From Tricharina praecox (taxonomy: Eukaryota), in the NCBI RefSeq assembly GCF_024521635.1, contig NW_026250420.1:372001-436000 (forward strand): a stretch of 64,000 bases of DNA, given 5' to 3'. Shown here in pieces: positions 44,590-59,148 of this stretch (the stretch's first letter is position 1; every line of letters starts with the position of its first letter). The notes beneath the pieces were generated by a model. The model made no database searches, had not been told where the DNA came from, and was given only the letters and a program-made list of their open reading frames with translations. Both the position numbers and the translations under genes were made by a program.

Positions 44590-47500
44590 GTTGTGCGATG
44601 TGTATGTAGTTGCAGATGATTGAACGATAATCGATGACGCGGCACGACTGGCGCGGTGCCTACTAGTAGGATGAGTGGGCGATGACGCTGTAAGTGGCTA
44701 TCCTCGATTCCTTTTTTTTCCGACGAATATTGCTGAGTTGGGATAGATGCGAACTGGGGGTAGTGGAGAGGAGGGATTGGGTGGGTCGATGTAAGGATCA
44801 AGATGGATTGGATTTGTGCGGAAGTTAGAGGTAGGTAACTATCTCGGTGCTGGTACTGGGGAGGGAGATGAGAGCGTGTGTGTTGTGCGCGTGTTCGTGT
44901 GTCGTCGTGTTGTGTTGTGTCGTGTCGTGATGGTGTCGTGTCTTGTGCTATCTGTATCGCGACTCGCTTGTTAGGATGATTTGCCTGATGAATCGCACAG
45001 CAGGTAGCCACAGCGGCGGACGGGACAGGGCAAGCCAGCAGCAGCAGTCGATAAGGTAGGGTGAATGTGTGCTGACAGGGGACGCGTGGTAAGGTGAGCA
45101 AGCTGGGGGGGAGAGCAGTCCGGGCTGCGACGGGGAAAGAAGCAAGTGGGCAGAAGCAGGCAGAGTCACGCATACGTATCCTCACTGATCACTCACATTC
45201 CCGTTTTGTAGCTTCGCTTTCGCTTTCAGGTAAGATTCCACCCGGGAATGCGCTCGAGCAGAGTGTGCGGCGGCGAATAAAGTGATCGATATATTATTCT
45301 TGGGCCCGGTCGCTAAGGGACTAAAGCTTGGTGGCGGTGGTGGTGGGAAACGCTTGTCTTAGTGCTCTCGGTAAGTGAAGTGGTGGAGGGGTGATGATGA
45401 TGGTGGTGGTGGGAGGCGGACAGGCGGCAGTGGTTGGTCGAGGGGAGGGGATCTTCTTATTAAGATGAGGCACCAGCCACCTGTGGCAGTGCATGCTGCG
45501 ACAGAGACTGCCAACCCCAGAGTCCGGCATGGTACATACTCTACATCATACGTGATAACCCCGACTGATAATCCTCCGACAAACCGGTTCGCACATCAGG
45601 GATACTGACATGCGAGTCGATCACGGCGTTGTTTCGGTCTGCCGCCTTCGCCCATGCTGTGTACAACGACAACCTTCGAGTACAAGGTACATACTGGTTT
45701 GCAATGGCCTGAGTTCCTGCGCACTCCATCGCTTTACGTTGCTGATTGTTTTTGGTCATAATCATGACTATGGCGGCGTATCTGGAGTATTGCTGATTGC
45801 TTTTTCCTGTTCAACGCGACAGCCTATACCATACACGGGTGATTTCCTGTGAAGTTTGCCGTGTTACGGAGTGCGGCAGCAATCATGCGACCGACTTCTA
45901 CGCTCCGGGGTGGGCCATATCTTGCTGTTTGCGTTGGGCGAGGTGTACGATGATTATCGCGGCACGGTGTTTGCTGCCTATCCAATCTCAATGGGTCGTT
46001 GTACCTAGATCTCACTCGCAGTTTCGGTTTACATCTGCTGGCATGAAAGCGGTTTCTTGGAGACCTGGCCATGGCCATGGCGGCTTGGAGGCATTGACTC
46101 GGCTCCGGACTGAGCGCTGGAGGTCAGAAAGGCCTTGCCTATAGACAACACGATCGTCCGCATGTTGCTGAATTCCGGACGCACGCACGAATCACGATCC
46201 ATGTTTACGCCAAAACAACCACCGCCTTGGAATAGGTAGGACCGATCGTCCATCCGCGTAGAGTAACTATCTGTCGGACGCAATCTAGTTGTCTAGCCAA
46301 TAATAGGGATTGCAGATTACCTACATACTCAGCAGCCTAGTAATCAGTGCAGGCAATAGCCCGAAAGCCCATGGGCTGATCTGGCAGCCGCGCGGGAGCC
46401 GTTGAGCATGCAGCCCAGCTCAGCCCGCCGGCGTTGGGTGGGCTGAATCCTAGAGTTTTGTAGAGTAAGGTTACGAGGGTGAGACGAAGGACAGAAGAAA
46501 GAATAGAGAATGTAGATGTGTAGAAAACAGATCCACGCCGGCAGCGCCCTCAAGAAACATACATGAATATCTCTTCGCTAAAGTGTATGTGACAGGATAC
46601 AAGTGTTGGTGAAGATATGGAGAAGGAAGGAGAGTGTGCGATGATATAGTGGTTGTCTGGCACACGTCTTCCACGTTCGCACAGGGGGGGGAGCACCGTT
46701 CAGCAATCTTCTACGAATCCGAGGGGTTCTCTGCTTATGGCGGTGGGTTGTACTTGTACATTTCTTATGAGTGGTGGGTTCTCGTCGCCTTGCGGGTTCA
46801 AAATTTCGCGAGCAGCGAAAAACACTAGGCAGTGATGATAGCTCAGTTGGAGCGAATTTCCCAGGTGGTGCAAGGTCCATCAGCTGTACAAGGATAGCAA
46901 CCGTGGGGAGGACGCTCTTTTGCGGCCGTTCAATACGGGGCTCGGTTTGTTTCTTTTTTGAGATTCTGCGGTACTGTATGGTTGCTCAGTCGAGTGATTG
47001 TTTTGTTGGCGAGCGTGGAACCGTCGATATATGTGGCACTGATGATGGACCATGACGGCCAGTAATGCAATGCACAGCTGTCCGCATAAGTACTAGCCTC
47101 TCTCTCCTCCTCCTCCCCCAAAGTTCCGTGGAGTTTGATCCATCTCACTCGCTTCCATCTACACTCCGCACCACTCTCCGCACCACTCTTTACTCTCATC
47201 CCCCGTCCTCACGACGACCGCCCCGCTTTCACTGCCGATGGCGATAACGTTCTGACCCGCCTAAACCTTGCGCTCGAAATCTCGCTTCTTCAGGCGGCGA
47301 TTCTGGGAATCTGGGGTGCATACATGATACCTACGCGAAATCACCGGGATCCATGAAGTCAATCGAGCAGCGGATTGTTTACTTTTATTTGCTTATGATA
47401 CATAAGCAAGCCTCGGCCCCCCTAGGCGGGACCGACAAAAGACATGAGGATATGTACGGACAGAGGGCGGAAAAGTATTGTTTACAGTGAGAATTGAAGG

Positions 47501-47969
47501 CCACTCAAGTGGGCTGGCTGGGCGGAAGAGAATGCAGTGTGTACAATACTATACACGCGCACCGCGGAGCAGATGCTCAACTACCGGCACTGATTCCTCG
47601 GAGCAAAAAGAAACGATCAAAAAGCCTCCGGGCTCATTACCAAAAAACCATCCTCCCCATGGACAACAAATACAATTAAAGTACAGGATATAGGGTATCA
47701 TCAATGACAGCACACCACATAAAAATATACTCAGATACGTCGAAGAATTAAAGGAAGAGAATGAGAAGGATCGTTTCCAGCAGACATGACACAAGAAAAG
47801 ACAAACATAGCAAACCAAAAAAACACAAAAAAAACACCACACGCCAATATCGTTCTCGTCTCAAAACATCAATCCATCAAAGTGTGCGCTGAAGAGGGGG
47901 GGTATTTCAGGCAAAACAAACTAGAGCAAGAAGAGAAATGACACCAACCAAAATCATCAGGAGGGGCGA

Positions 47970-49805
47970 TTACTCGAATGAGGCGCTGAACGCTACGGCG
48001 ATCGAGGCTATCAGGCCGAGGACGAGCGTGGATAGCCCGATTGAGCTAGCGGACGACGCAAGATTGTCGTCGAGGGGGATGTTGGGGGACGTTCGAGTGC
48101 CGTTCGTACCGGTTGCGCTTGCTGCGTAACTGCCGCCCGTAGCAGACGCTTCATAACTGAGCTTTGAGGTCGTGTAAAACGAGGTACTCGGCTTCTTACT
48201 CTCGTGATAGGAGTCCGACGATGAGGTCTCTTCCGAGTCTGAGGACGATGTCGAGGTTTCCGAGTCGGTGCTAGTGGCGGTTGCAGAGCTGGATGACGAA
48301 GATGTGGGCTTGGGTGATGCCAAAGAAGTTTCGGATGGGGCAACATACGACGAAGATTTATCTGGGATCTCCTTCTCATCATCCCCTCCAGCTTCCTTGT
48401 CGTCGGCCTTGGAGTACACCTCAACCTCAACCTCAACCTCCTCTTTGTCTTCTTCTTCCTCCTCCTCTTCCTCCTCCTGCTCTGGCTCCTCATCCTCCTC
48501 CTCCTCCTCCTCCTCATCGTCTTTCGGAGAAGCGACTGGGACATCTTCAGATTTTCCGTCCTTGCTGAACACAACGATGGTTGCTGTTGAGCCCTTGGGA
48601 ACACCGACGACACAGAAGTTGGCACCACCAGCTCCTGGTGGGTTATTCTGGGAAACCTCGTTGACGCCGTGCTTGCTGGGGTCGATTTCACAGGGGAGGC
48701 CATTGCAGTCGCCGTCGCACTAAAATACAAGTCAGACAAATGTTAAATGATAGGGGAGGGAGTGTGGGATCAGTGAATCAAACCTCAATGCGGACACCAT
48801 AATTTGGCATCTCATCACGGAAGGCGACATCAGGCTCGATGTAGATGGGGTTCCATCCGACGGTCACGAAAGTCTCTCCATCATCCATAGCATTGGCACC
48901 AGCAACATAGGGAGCCCACTAAAACACATGTCAGTATTCAACCAGCAAATCTTGATCATCAGCGTTTGTACTGACATTTCCAACCGGCTTATCCTTGGTG
49001 CCCCAGACACAGCCTTCTGTGGTGCTAACTCCAGGAGGGTTGACATAGTAGTGTGCAGCGGTCTTGGCCCAGTAATCGGTACCGGGAACGGCAAGAATGG
49101 CCTCGCCATCGACGTTGGTTGGGATCAGCATGGCCTCATTCCCAGGCAGGACAGTCTGGCAAATGGCAACCGATGCACCAGCTGTGTTCTTGCACTGGAC
49201 TGTTCCAACACCATCATAGCAATATGGCTTATTGGGGAACGGCTTGGAGACATTTCCATCCTCGTCACAGTACAGCCCACCATCCTAAAGACGGAACGAA
49301 GTTAGCACGAGTGACGGACTATGATTCGCATTGCACTTACCATTGACTGAGGGTACTTGTATTCTGTTGCATCCGGATTCCATTGTGCCATGAGCTGACC
49401 ACTGTCACGCACCATTAGTTCGTCTGCGCACAACCATTGTACCATCACGGCGTTACTTACGGTGGGCATGCGTATGGGCAGTACATTCCACTATTTCTCC
49501 ATCAGCATACGGATAGATTTTCTCGCGTCATGGGGATATACGTACGGCTTGCAAGGTTGATCTGGGGACATGGCCCATCCGCCGTTCATTCCTTTCGGCG
49601 CAACCTCAACCATTCCCTCTCCCTTGGGGAACTCGCAAGTCGACCTCTTGGTAATACCGGATCCGGCGACGTTAAAAACGGGCAAAGCATCTTTCTTGTG
49701 GAGCTTGTGATGTGTATGCCTCCGCTCGAACTGCGTGCGATGATCGATAGCAAGGGCTTGGCCGGCGACGAGAAGCCACACGGCGGCGAAAGTGATTGAA
49801 CGCAT
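47970..49805 (-). CDS. SUN-family (Adg3-like) secreted beta-glucanase-like protein with Glu/Ser-rich stalk and hydrophobic C-terminus (5 introns)
   Basis: Signal peptide; spliced NGGWAMSPDQPCKPGMYCPYACPPG.LMAQW, GGLYCD, CQTVLPGNEAMLIPT, TAAHYYVNPPG, GNWAPYVAGAN, CNGLPCEIDP. Confidence 0.9.
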
Positions 49806-52800
49806 CCCGAAAGAAGGTGTGTGGATGAATCCGACGATAAAATTATGCTTGTTAAAAAGCTGGCTGCGATTATTGCTTTGCGCAAAGAATGAGTGTTGCG
49901 GGTATTCTATCTACAGGATCCCGTTTGTTGCTGAAAAGAGCGTGGAGAGTACAAGGACTCGATTGACGACAAGGAGCGATTGACTGGGCCGGTAGGAAGT
50001 GAGGAAGCAGAAGAGAAGAAGAAGAGGAAGAGAATTATGGGAACACTTCGCATGATAACCCGAGACGCGCCTCCGGGGGGGCATCACTACAGGCAGCCAG
50101 GCCATGTCGTCAAATGAGATACGGTGCCACAAACTTGTGATGCCCACACACCGACACACCCACACCGACACACCCACACCACACACAACACACCACATAC
50201 AACACACCACACACAAAATGCTGCCCTCTTCCTCGGTTCCTCTTCTCCAGGCGCTGGTACTGCATGCCCAGGCTGGAGACAGTCCCTGATTGGTGCAGAA
50301 ACCATCTAGGCGCCTTTATTGGTGCTTCTGGCGACGGCTCTATCCCGATATGGGCGCAAACTTACTCACTGGGGAAATGAGCTGTACGATTTCGCCCCTC
50401 ACCCGCCAACGAGGGTGGGGAGGTGGTGGTGGTGCACGGTGAGTTGATGGTTCAGGGGTTGGCTTACATGGAGCCGAACCGAAGAGCTGTTGGTTCCTGA
50501 CATGGACCAGACAACCAAGCATTAGTTACCTATGGTGGTTTAATAAAAACCGTTCGCAATTGATGGCGTAATTTAGCAGTCGTCGTCGCGCGAGCTCTAG
50601 AAGTTCATTCTACAGTAACAGAGTACTACCTATGGTAGATGCTCTGTGGGCGGCCTCTCTTTGGGGGTCCCGACAGTCAAATTCCGACTCCTGAGCCATC
50701 ATCGATCGCGGCCCTAATCGACCTACATACATAGCGGCTCAGTGACCAGTCTCGCCCTCTCCTGGCCCTGCATTCGCCGTGGCGTTCGGGTTGTTTGGTG
50801 CCTGCCAAGTCCCCGGGGTAGAGCCCCGGTGGAGGACGACACATGCACATCAGGAAGGCGTGTATTCGCTTCTGCTCTCTGGCCCGACGGCACAGATGCG
50901 GTGTATGTGGTGTGATGGATGATGGATGTGAGTGACAAACGCCTTGTCAGTTGCAATTGAGTTTTACTTGCCTCTTCTATCGCGCGTCTATGAGGATATC
51001 TACAGTACGGCATGGTGAATTACGTTACTCTCCATGCGGTGCCCGTCACAATCTGTCTGGACAATGATATCCGCCAGAGATTCACATCCCCCTCCCCCCC
51101 AGATAAAAATTTCCCTCATCCTTTCAGCAACGGCAATGGGCCCACGGTCCGCGCCCCTAACGAGCGAGGAGCCAATCACTCTAAATTGACAACCGACGGC
51201 GGCGCCTCAATCAATGCCCTCCCCCTCCCCCCTCCCCCTCCCCCTCCGGCGAAGAGGGCGGGATGTTTGTCGTGTGCAAGTAGAGTAAGCAAGCAAGCAT
51301 CATCCGCTGATCCCCCACCGAAAACGAACAACTGGTCCAGTATATAGAGTATCTAACCACCGATCGCTTGTCTCGTCTTGTATTTTATCCAACCGCTGCG
51401 ACGATCAAATTTGACGAACGGGGGGAATTTCTGTGGGGAAGGCAGGCAGGCAAGCAATCGGGTCGGCGAATCCACTTCCCTACATAACTACTGTAACTAA
51501 CTAGGGCCGCCTGTGCGTGCGCGGAGTTGATTGAAAATCGTTCAAAAAGATGCGAGCGAGCTCGCACGGACTGGGGAGGGATGGGGGATGGGAGATGGGG
51601 GATCACCGAACTACTGGAGAGGATACATCGTCTGTGTTCAGGGACTCCGAGTCATCGCACGCTCGACCGACGACCGGCGTCGGTATCTACTAGTTATCTA
51701 GTGGTTACTCTACACAGGTAGGCCGGTGTCGGTATATTTTGGACGGTCTCACCGAGCCGAAAGTCAACACAGTTTGTCGTTGGCGGCTGTCAGCGGCAGC
51801 ACGGAGGGTGGACACTGCTTATATATACTTCTATAATTCTATTCTTCTGATAGATATCTATAGGTCTTTACGCGCCCCCCATGCCAGAAAAACATAAACT
51901 CAAAATCCGTACTTGCATAGGTATCTACGGGTACATATGTACTCGGGTATGAATTCTGGCGGCGATCGGCAGAAAGCCGGTGGGCGATCTCACATAATCT
52001 CTACATATCTACCTACCTCTGTGCGTGTCAGAACTGGAGATGGCCGAGCTTCGTCTTCAGAATCTGCCTGAATGCGGGTAGATGAGAGAGATGGAGATGG
52101 AGATGGAGAGTGTGATAACGGAAAATGGTGGATGACGGTCTCCCCCCTGATAGTGTAGGTAGAGTAGGTATTAAAACGGTTTTCTCGTCCAATGTTTTCG
52201 AAACAAGGGGCCAGCCTTAGATTTGGGGGGATATCTACCCAGGTACTCTGCCCCATCTCCTACAGAACCATACAATGCGAGGCAATTCGCCCTAGGTATT
52301 GTATCATACAACCCTATCCACCTATCCAGCACCGGTGTTAGATGACGTTGACGTCGATTGTAAGGAAACGAAACGATAAAAAGGAAAGAAAAAAAATGAA
52401 CCCACACAACGTGTGGGAACAGCTGACATCTCCCCCTCGCACGGCCTCATTTCTCCTTGGGGAAGTTATGATGTCTTTACCTGTTTACCGGGCTGCCTGA
52501 TACGGACGATTGGCGAGATTGCGCCCCGGACGAGGTCGGGGAGAGCTCCGTTGAGTCTTGACGCGACTTGGCCCCGGTAGAGTAGTAGAAGATATGTATC
52601 GCCTCGGAGGCTGGACCGCATGCACTTGCGCTCTGGGGGAGGGGGACTCTCCGGTCCAGAGGCATCCTGCAGTGTAAAAGAGGCGTCCAACAACACGAAA
52701 TTAACTCATGCAGTTGGAATGGCATCGCATCGCAACTCCTCGTAAAATCCGAGACATCGAGTGATGCGCAATGAATGTCGGCAGCACGTGGGCGACTGCC

Positions 52801-52936
52801 CCTGGACATGCCATTCCGAACGTCATCTGGCTAACTAACTGCTCTAGAGTAACTAGCTTCAACTCACTTCACCCCCGCAGCAGCAGGTGCGCGACGAAGC
52901 TTCCCCACGGTGCGCTCGGAACAACGAAACGAAACT

Positions 52937-54097
52937 ATGAACCCCCTTCGTCTGCCAACGCCAAATGCAACACCGCGTATCCCGACCCTCGGCGCCCAGC
53001 GACTTCGCAATATAGCCAGCAGCTCCAGCGCGGAAACAAAAGACAGCAAGGACCGCACCGTGCAGCAAACCGATCAAGACGCATCGCAGTCGCGGTTGTC
53101 CGCCGTGGACACCGGCTACCTCCACGATGACTTTGCGAAAGCCTTCTGCCAGCAGAGGGGAACGCGGAAGTTCCCCCTGATCAACCGAGGTTAGCTCTTT
53201 TTTTTTCTCTCTTTCTCGGACAAACAATGTGGCGTCGATTGTGTTGACGGAGCGTGTGACGGGTGGGCAGGAACCTTTGTGCGCACCACGGCGCTGGACC
53301 GTCTAGTCAATATATTCCTTCTCAGCACGCCACCCACGCAGCGGAAGCAGATCATCTCGTTCGGCGCGGGCAGCGACACGCGCTACTTCCGCCTGCGGCA
53401 GTCACTCCCCGCAGATGTGCTGCGCAACCTGGTCTACCACGAAATCGACTTCGCCGCTGTCACGACGCCGAAGATCGCCTCGATCCTGCGCAACAAACTA
53501 CTACCCTCGCAGGAGATCACCGCGGTCGACGAGGCCGCCGGGTCACTGGCCGCGGACGGCAGCTACTACATCCACCCGCTGGACCTGCGGTCGCTGCGCC
53601 CCGGGTGCGAACCTCCCACCGGCGTCGAGCTAAAAGATATCCCCACGCTGTTCTTGTCCGAGTGCTGTCTGATATACCTCTCGCCCGAGGAGGCCGATGA
53701 CATTGTGAGGTGGACAACGACGGACTTTTCGGCGAGCGTGGGTATGGCAGTGTATGAGCCCATCGGCGGCGAGGATGCCTTCGGGAAGGTGATGATACAG
53801 AATCTGGCGGCGCGCGGGATCGTGCTCAAGACGTTGAAGAGATACTCGACGCTGGAGCGGCAGCGGTTGCGGTTCCGGACGCTGGGGTATACGACCAGGC
53901 AGGAGGCGGCGGATGTATACTACATCAGCGAGAATTGGGTGGCTGACGAGGAGAAGGAGAGGATTGCGAGATTGGAGATGCTGGATGAGGTTGAGGAGTG
54001 GAGGATGCTCGCTAGGCACTATTGTGTTGCGTGGGCTTGGAGGGGGGACGAGTTTGATGTGTGGAACGGTGCGGTGCCATTACAAGCGGCGGATTAA
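52937..54097 (+). CDS. PPM1: Leucine carboxyl methyltransferase 1, the PP2A methyltransferase (intron 53190-53270)
   Basis: VQQTDQDASQSRLSAV..GYL.D.FA, PLINRGTFVRT, QIISFGAGSDTRYF, YHEIDF, SECCLIYL, DAFGKVMIQNL, LEMLDEVEEW..LARHYC. Confidence 0.93.
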
Positions 54098-54236
54098 TCA
54101 CACACACACACACACACATGCCCGAGTATCCATGATGCCAATTCATCCGTGTCAAGAATTATATTTCATGATTCTTCAATTCCACCCACCCATCCATCCA
54201 TCCATCATCCATCCAACCATCCATCCAACCACCACT

Positions 54237-55180
54237 CTACACCTTCCTCTCCTCCTCCAATTTGGCCAACTTACTTCTCCACACCTCCGCATTCTCCTGT
54301 TGATTCCAAATAGCGGTAACACTCTTCTGCGCCAGCAGCGCATCGACCCACTTCTGCCAGACCTCGATCTCCTTGAGCTCCTTCAGCAGGAAGCTAGGGA
54401 ACCACCCATACTCCTCCGTGCCAAGGGCATAGACCCTCAGTACAAAACTCGCCGTATTGACCTCGGCGAGCGTAAGCTCCTTGCTCCCGCCAAAAAACGG
54501 CGCCGCGTCAGCCAGCAGCGGGACGAGATCGCGCTTCACCGCGGCAACCACAGCATGCGCTTTCGCCTCCTTCTCCGCAGTGGTCCGCGCTGCGATCAGG
54601 ATCCCCGTCAGCGCGGACCCGAACGCGCTCGCGAATACGTCCACGAAGAGAGAGATCCGCGCGCGCTGCAGCGCCGCGGCGGCGCTGCCCGTCGCAGGGA
54701 GGAGACGCGGCGCGTAAACGTCGGCTAGTTACTCGTCATCAGCACCACCACCAACATCCCCAAGCAATAAGCATCAGGATGACAAACCCAGATACTGCGT
54801 GATAATCCCACTCTCGATGAGGATCTCGTCGTCGCCGATTTTGAGCGCGGGCACCAAGCCCCTCTGCGTACCATATCCCCATTAGCACCGTCTCCCATAT
54901 TCACCCGCCATCAATTTTCACTGCATCCCCTCCAGCCGAGAGTAACTCACGGGATTGATCGCGAGATACCACGCCTCCCGCGGCTTCGACAGGTCGATCG
55001 AAACCTCGTCGAACTCGAGGCCCAGCTCCGACAGCGCGATGTGCGCCCGGTGCGCCCAGGGGCAGTAGCGGTTGGTGTAGCTGCGGGTTGGAGGGGGGTT
55101 TCGTTAGTGGGCGGTGATGGGGTGGAGCGGGCGGAGGGGGAGCGGGAGGGTAGGTACAGTGTGAGCCTTTGGTTGGACAT
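54237..55180 (-). CDS. Glutathione S-transferase, omega-like Cys-GST (3 introns)
   Basis: Spliced LYTNRYCPWAHRAHIAL.ELGL, IDL..PRE.WYL.INPRGLVPAL, ESGIITQYLAD, PFFGGS..LTLAEV. Confidence 0.9.
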
Positions 55181-56543
55181 TGCTTTTGCTTTTACGTTTG
55201 GGCTGGGTGATGTGCGTGTGGTTATGTGGGTGTAGATGTGTGCGTTTGGATGAGTTTGTGAGTTTGTTGGTTTGTGAGTACTAGTATACGATGAGTTACG
55301 ACCGACGTCACGACCTCTTATATACACCTAGTATGCCATACGCCATGCCCCCAGGGCACACCGCCACCACCAACAGCAGCAGCACCAGCACTCCCAGCAC
55401 CAGCAGCAGCAGCAGCAGCACCACCAGCAGCACCATCCCGTAGGCCATGGCGTCTTCGGCACGGGCCTAGACGGTTGCCTAGACGATTAGTATCCCGTCC
55501 CCGCAATTCCGTGCCGGCCCGATTGTCTAACATGCCTAATCGGCCTAACCGCGGATTTCCGTGGCCGGATTACAAACTCATGCGGCGATGGTGCAAGTTC
55601 CGGGCCGAATGATGAATTGGTGGTATCAGTGATACGGGATCTGCACAGAGTAGATATCATACGAGTGCTCTTCCCTGTATGTAGAGTACAGGTAGTAGAG
55701 TAGAGTATCACGATTCACGAAGCATCACCCGCGCTCCACACTGAGCCCCACTCCCACTCCGAATCTGACCCCGACTCCGACTCCGCGCTGATAAATCCAT
55801 TCGCTTGCTCCTGAGTCCTGAGTCCTGGGTCCTCGGGACCACGTACCTACTCGAGTATGTACTTATGCAGAGTAGATTTGCAGGCCGTAACTTCATCAAT
55901 TCATCATCAAGCAAGCAAGCAAAAACACCTAGGTAACTAACTCGCCCAAGTTCAAGAAAGGGGAAAAAGAAAAGACAGAAACACAGAAAAACACAGAAAA
56001 AACTCCGAAACAAGCGAAACAAGCGAAACAATCAAAGGAAAGCAAAAGCAAAGCACGGCGATTTCTAAGTGTAAGTATATATGCCCCCCTTTCCCCCTCC
56101 CCCCTTTTATCTAATCAGACAGACAGATAGATAGACAGACAAAGGAAAATGGAAAAATGAAATCGGAAATCGGAAATCTGAAACGTATAACAACCAAGGA
56201 ATTGTGACAGCAAGTTATTGGCAACAAGATATAGACAACGATAGGAGCATCGTCATCATCATCATCATCATCAACATCATCGTACATGGTGGAGACGAAA
56301 GTGTGGGTGTGGGCGGTGGGCGGTGGGGGGGTAAATCAATAAGGTTCGAAAAGCAAAACAAAGCAAAGCAAACGCAAGCAAGGCGGGAAACCAAAACCCA
56401 AAACCAACGACCAAGTACCGTATGAAATCCAAAAAGAAAACAACCAAAACAACCAAAAGAGAAAAAAAAACAAAACAACCAAAAGAGAAAAAAACAAAAA
56501 AACAAAACAAAGCAAAAGGAAATCCGTGCGGACTCAGCCCAGA

Positions 56544-59148
56544 TCAGGTACTGTTCCTCCTGCGACTATTCTCCCTCTCGAGCTCGATATCCTGCTGGTT
56601 GAGACACATCAATCCCGCCGCGGCCTGCGCTACATCGCCCTCAGCCTCGACGGAGGGATCCAGGACGGCTGGCTGCTGCTGCTGCGGCGGCGGCGGCGGT
56701 GGTGGTCTGACAAACATCCTCGCGCGGTAATCATCCTCGTGTTCGAAGCCCTCTGGACCCTGGGCGTGGGCGTGGGCGTGGGCGTGACCCGAGATCCTGC
56801 GACGCTTCGACAGGTGTGCGGGATCGAGGTGGTGGCAGGCCTCGGTTGATTCTCTGCGCTGCGGGATTACTTGCGGCAGCTCTGGGGCTAGCGCTGGCGA
56901 GAACGGTTGTGTATATTCCTGGAATTGTTCGGCCGGGGGGGGCATGATGGGGGGGTACAACGGCGTGTCGCAGAGGTATCCGGGGTTGGCGCTGCTGCTG
57001 GCCATGCTTAACCGTTTGTGCGGTTGCCGTGGGGTGTAGTACGGCGTCGAAGGGATAGATGCCTCGGCTGGACTCCGCCACATTTGCTGGTGCGGTGAAC
57101 ATCCGTATCCTCTCCCGCCTCCACCCTCCCCTCCGATCCCATGGGCGGGCGTGGGTATTCTTTGCCCGATCGCGTAGCTGTACTGTTGGTACTGACGAGA
57201 GGGCTGATAGCGAGAGCTGCTGCCGCGGTCCATACGTACCGAGCTCTCGGGCAGCGGGTGCTGCAGGAATTGCTGATCAAAGTGATGATACTGATTCAGG
57301 GGAGAAGTGGCGGTAGGAGAAGGGAGTGCGTTCGCCCAGCCGCCCGGACTGGGAAGGGACGGGTACAGATGTTGACCACGGCGATTGCTGTTGCTGTTGT
57401 TGCTCGAGTCGAACGGGCCCGACTTCGAGCTGTCGCGGACGGGGTCAAAGTATCTGCCACCGTGTGTTGTCTGATCCTTCGTCATGGAGCCTGCGAGTTC
57501 GGGCGAAGCCGTTGGATACGTCGAACGTGGTGGAGTATAGGTGCCTTCGGGCGGAGTTGCGTATCTCGAATTGGACGGCGTGAAGTTGCTCGTGGAGGAA
57601 GCTTTGGATTCCCGTTGTTTTTGACTACGTGAAGCTTCAATCTGCTTGAGTTTGCGGACTCTGTCCGTGCATGCGACGATGATGGCTGCATCTATGTTGT
57701 ATCGACCGAATTCCTCTTTATCCTTCTCTGGATCCAGGCAATCCCTGGGGAAGTCTTTCCCGAAGACTATCGTCAATGCGAACCTTATTCTCCAACAGAA
57801 CCTGGTTGCCATCGCTCTCGCGGCCTCGTATGGGAACCAATATCCTGTAAGGTTTGCGTTGCATCGGTTATCACTCCGTACCCGACAACGTCCGACTCGG
57901 GGTTCACAACGGGATATAAAAATAAAAAAAAACCATCGGGGCCCACTTCAAACATACCTTGAGCATGGAGCTGGCCTCCAGTGATATTGGGGCAGATTGC
58001 CGCCAGATTTGAATTGATGCTCGGTTTGAGAGCATTTCCCGGCTCGGTCTGAAGCCAAAAGTAAGTCCTGACCGCACATCATTCCCACCCACCCCTCACA
58101 CCTCACACGTTCGGAGGACTTACCTTTCCAGGTTTGCAACAGTTAAAGAAGTCGTGGACGCGAACGAAGCCCGTCGAGTAGTCCCACATGATCCACCACC
58201 GCGTTGGCTCACCCAGCGTATTATTCGCTACAAAACTGTACTCGTAGACTATTCAAGTTTGTGCGACAAAGGCCGGCAATGAGTCAGCACGGACGTCCCC
58301 TCGTCGCCTCCGTGTTCCGGGACGGAGATGTCTCATCATCTCTCCGTCGGCATAAAGGAAAAAAGGAAAGAAAAAAAGGAAAAGGGAAAAAGGAAGGGAA
58401 TAAACGGGAGTTGGTGTGTGGCTGGAGGGGGTGGGGAGGGGGGAAGGGGGAGGGAGGGAGGGTATGACTTACGGTTGAACTCATGCCGTCCCGTAATCTC
58501 AAACAGCTGGCCCTTGGATCCTCTGAAAGGTATCTTTCGGCAGTAACGACTTACGCCATCAGCCGGATAGAGCTGCATCTTCCTGAGCTGGTGCTTTTGC
58601 TCCTCGTCCAATGAATCCTCATGGCATGGAAAGTTGACTTTCCCCTCCGGGGCCTGGGGCCTTAACACCCTCTCCTTGGAGGCGGCCGAGCTCGGAGGTT
58701 TGTTTGCACGGTTGGGACGTCGCATCTGGGGCTTCGACGAGGATGGTGGTAGAGATGGTAGAGGTTGAGGTAGAGGTAGAGGTAGAGGTGGTGGTGGTGG
58801 GGTTGGAGTTGGAGTCGGAATCAGAAGATGAGAGGGACGGACCGGCAAGGGTGTCGGTTGGGGGCTTTGGGGTACGATATCTTGTTCCTCTCGGGCTATG
58901 AAGGTAGGGTGATGGGGGGAAGTGTCGATTCCCAATAAGGTCGGCGCCTGATACTGCTGCTGCTGCTGCTGCTGCTGCGGGTGCGGGGGGCGGCGGACGT
59001 GTACAGCCGGCACAGCTGAAGGAAGAAGGGCATCGCCTAGGCCTGTGGGGAGGGACATATCTGCCGGTCTTATATCGACTCGATACGAAGGATGGGATTG
59101 ATCGTTCTGTTGATTGCTTGCTGGATAGCTGCCTAGCGAGTGGGCCAT
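56544..59148 (-). CDS. APSES/KilA-N (Xbp1-like) transcription factor (3 introns)
   Basis: Spliced GKVNFP..RYCRKIPF..TGRHEF, IMWDYSTGFVR...FF, NITGG.LHAQGYWFPYEAARAMATRFCWRIRFALT.VFG.DFP; Q/P-rich flanking regions; start codon uncertain. Confidence 0.85.

Noticed and set aside
44600..47900. Short ORFs between the F-box-like and SUN genes, including 44385-45185 and 47135-47356
   Set aside because: Low-complexity or UTR-like composition with no protein motifs
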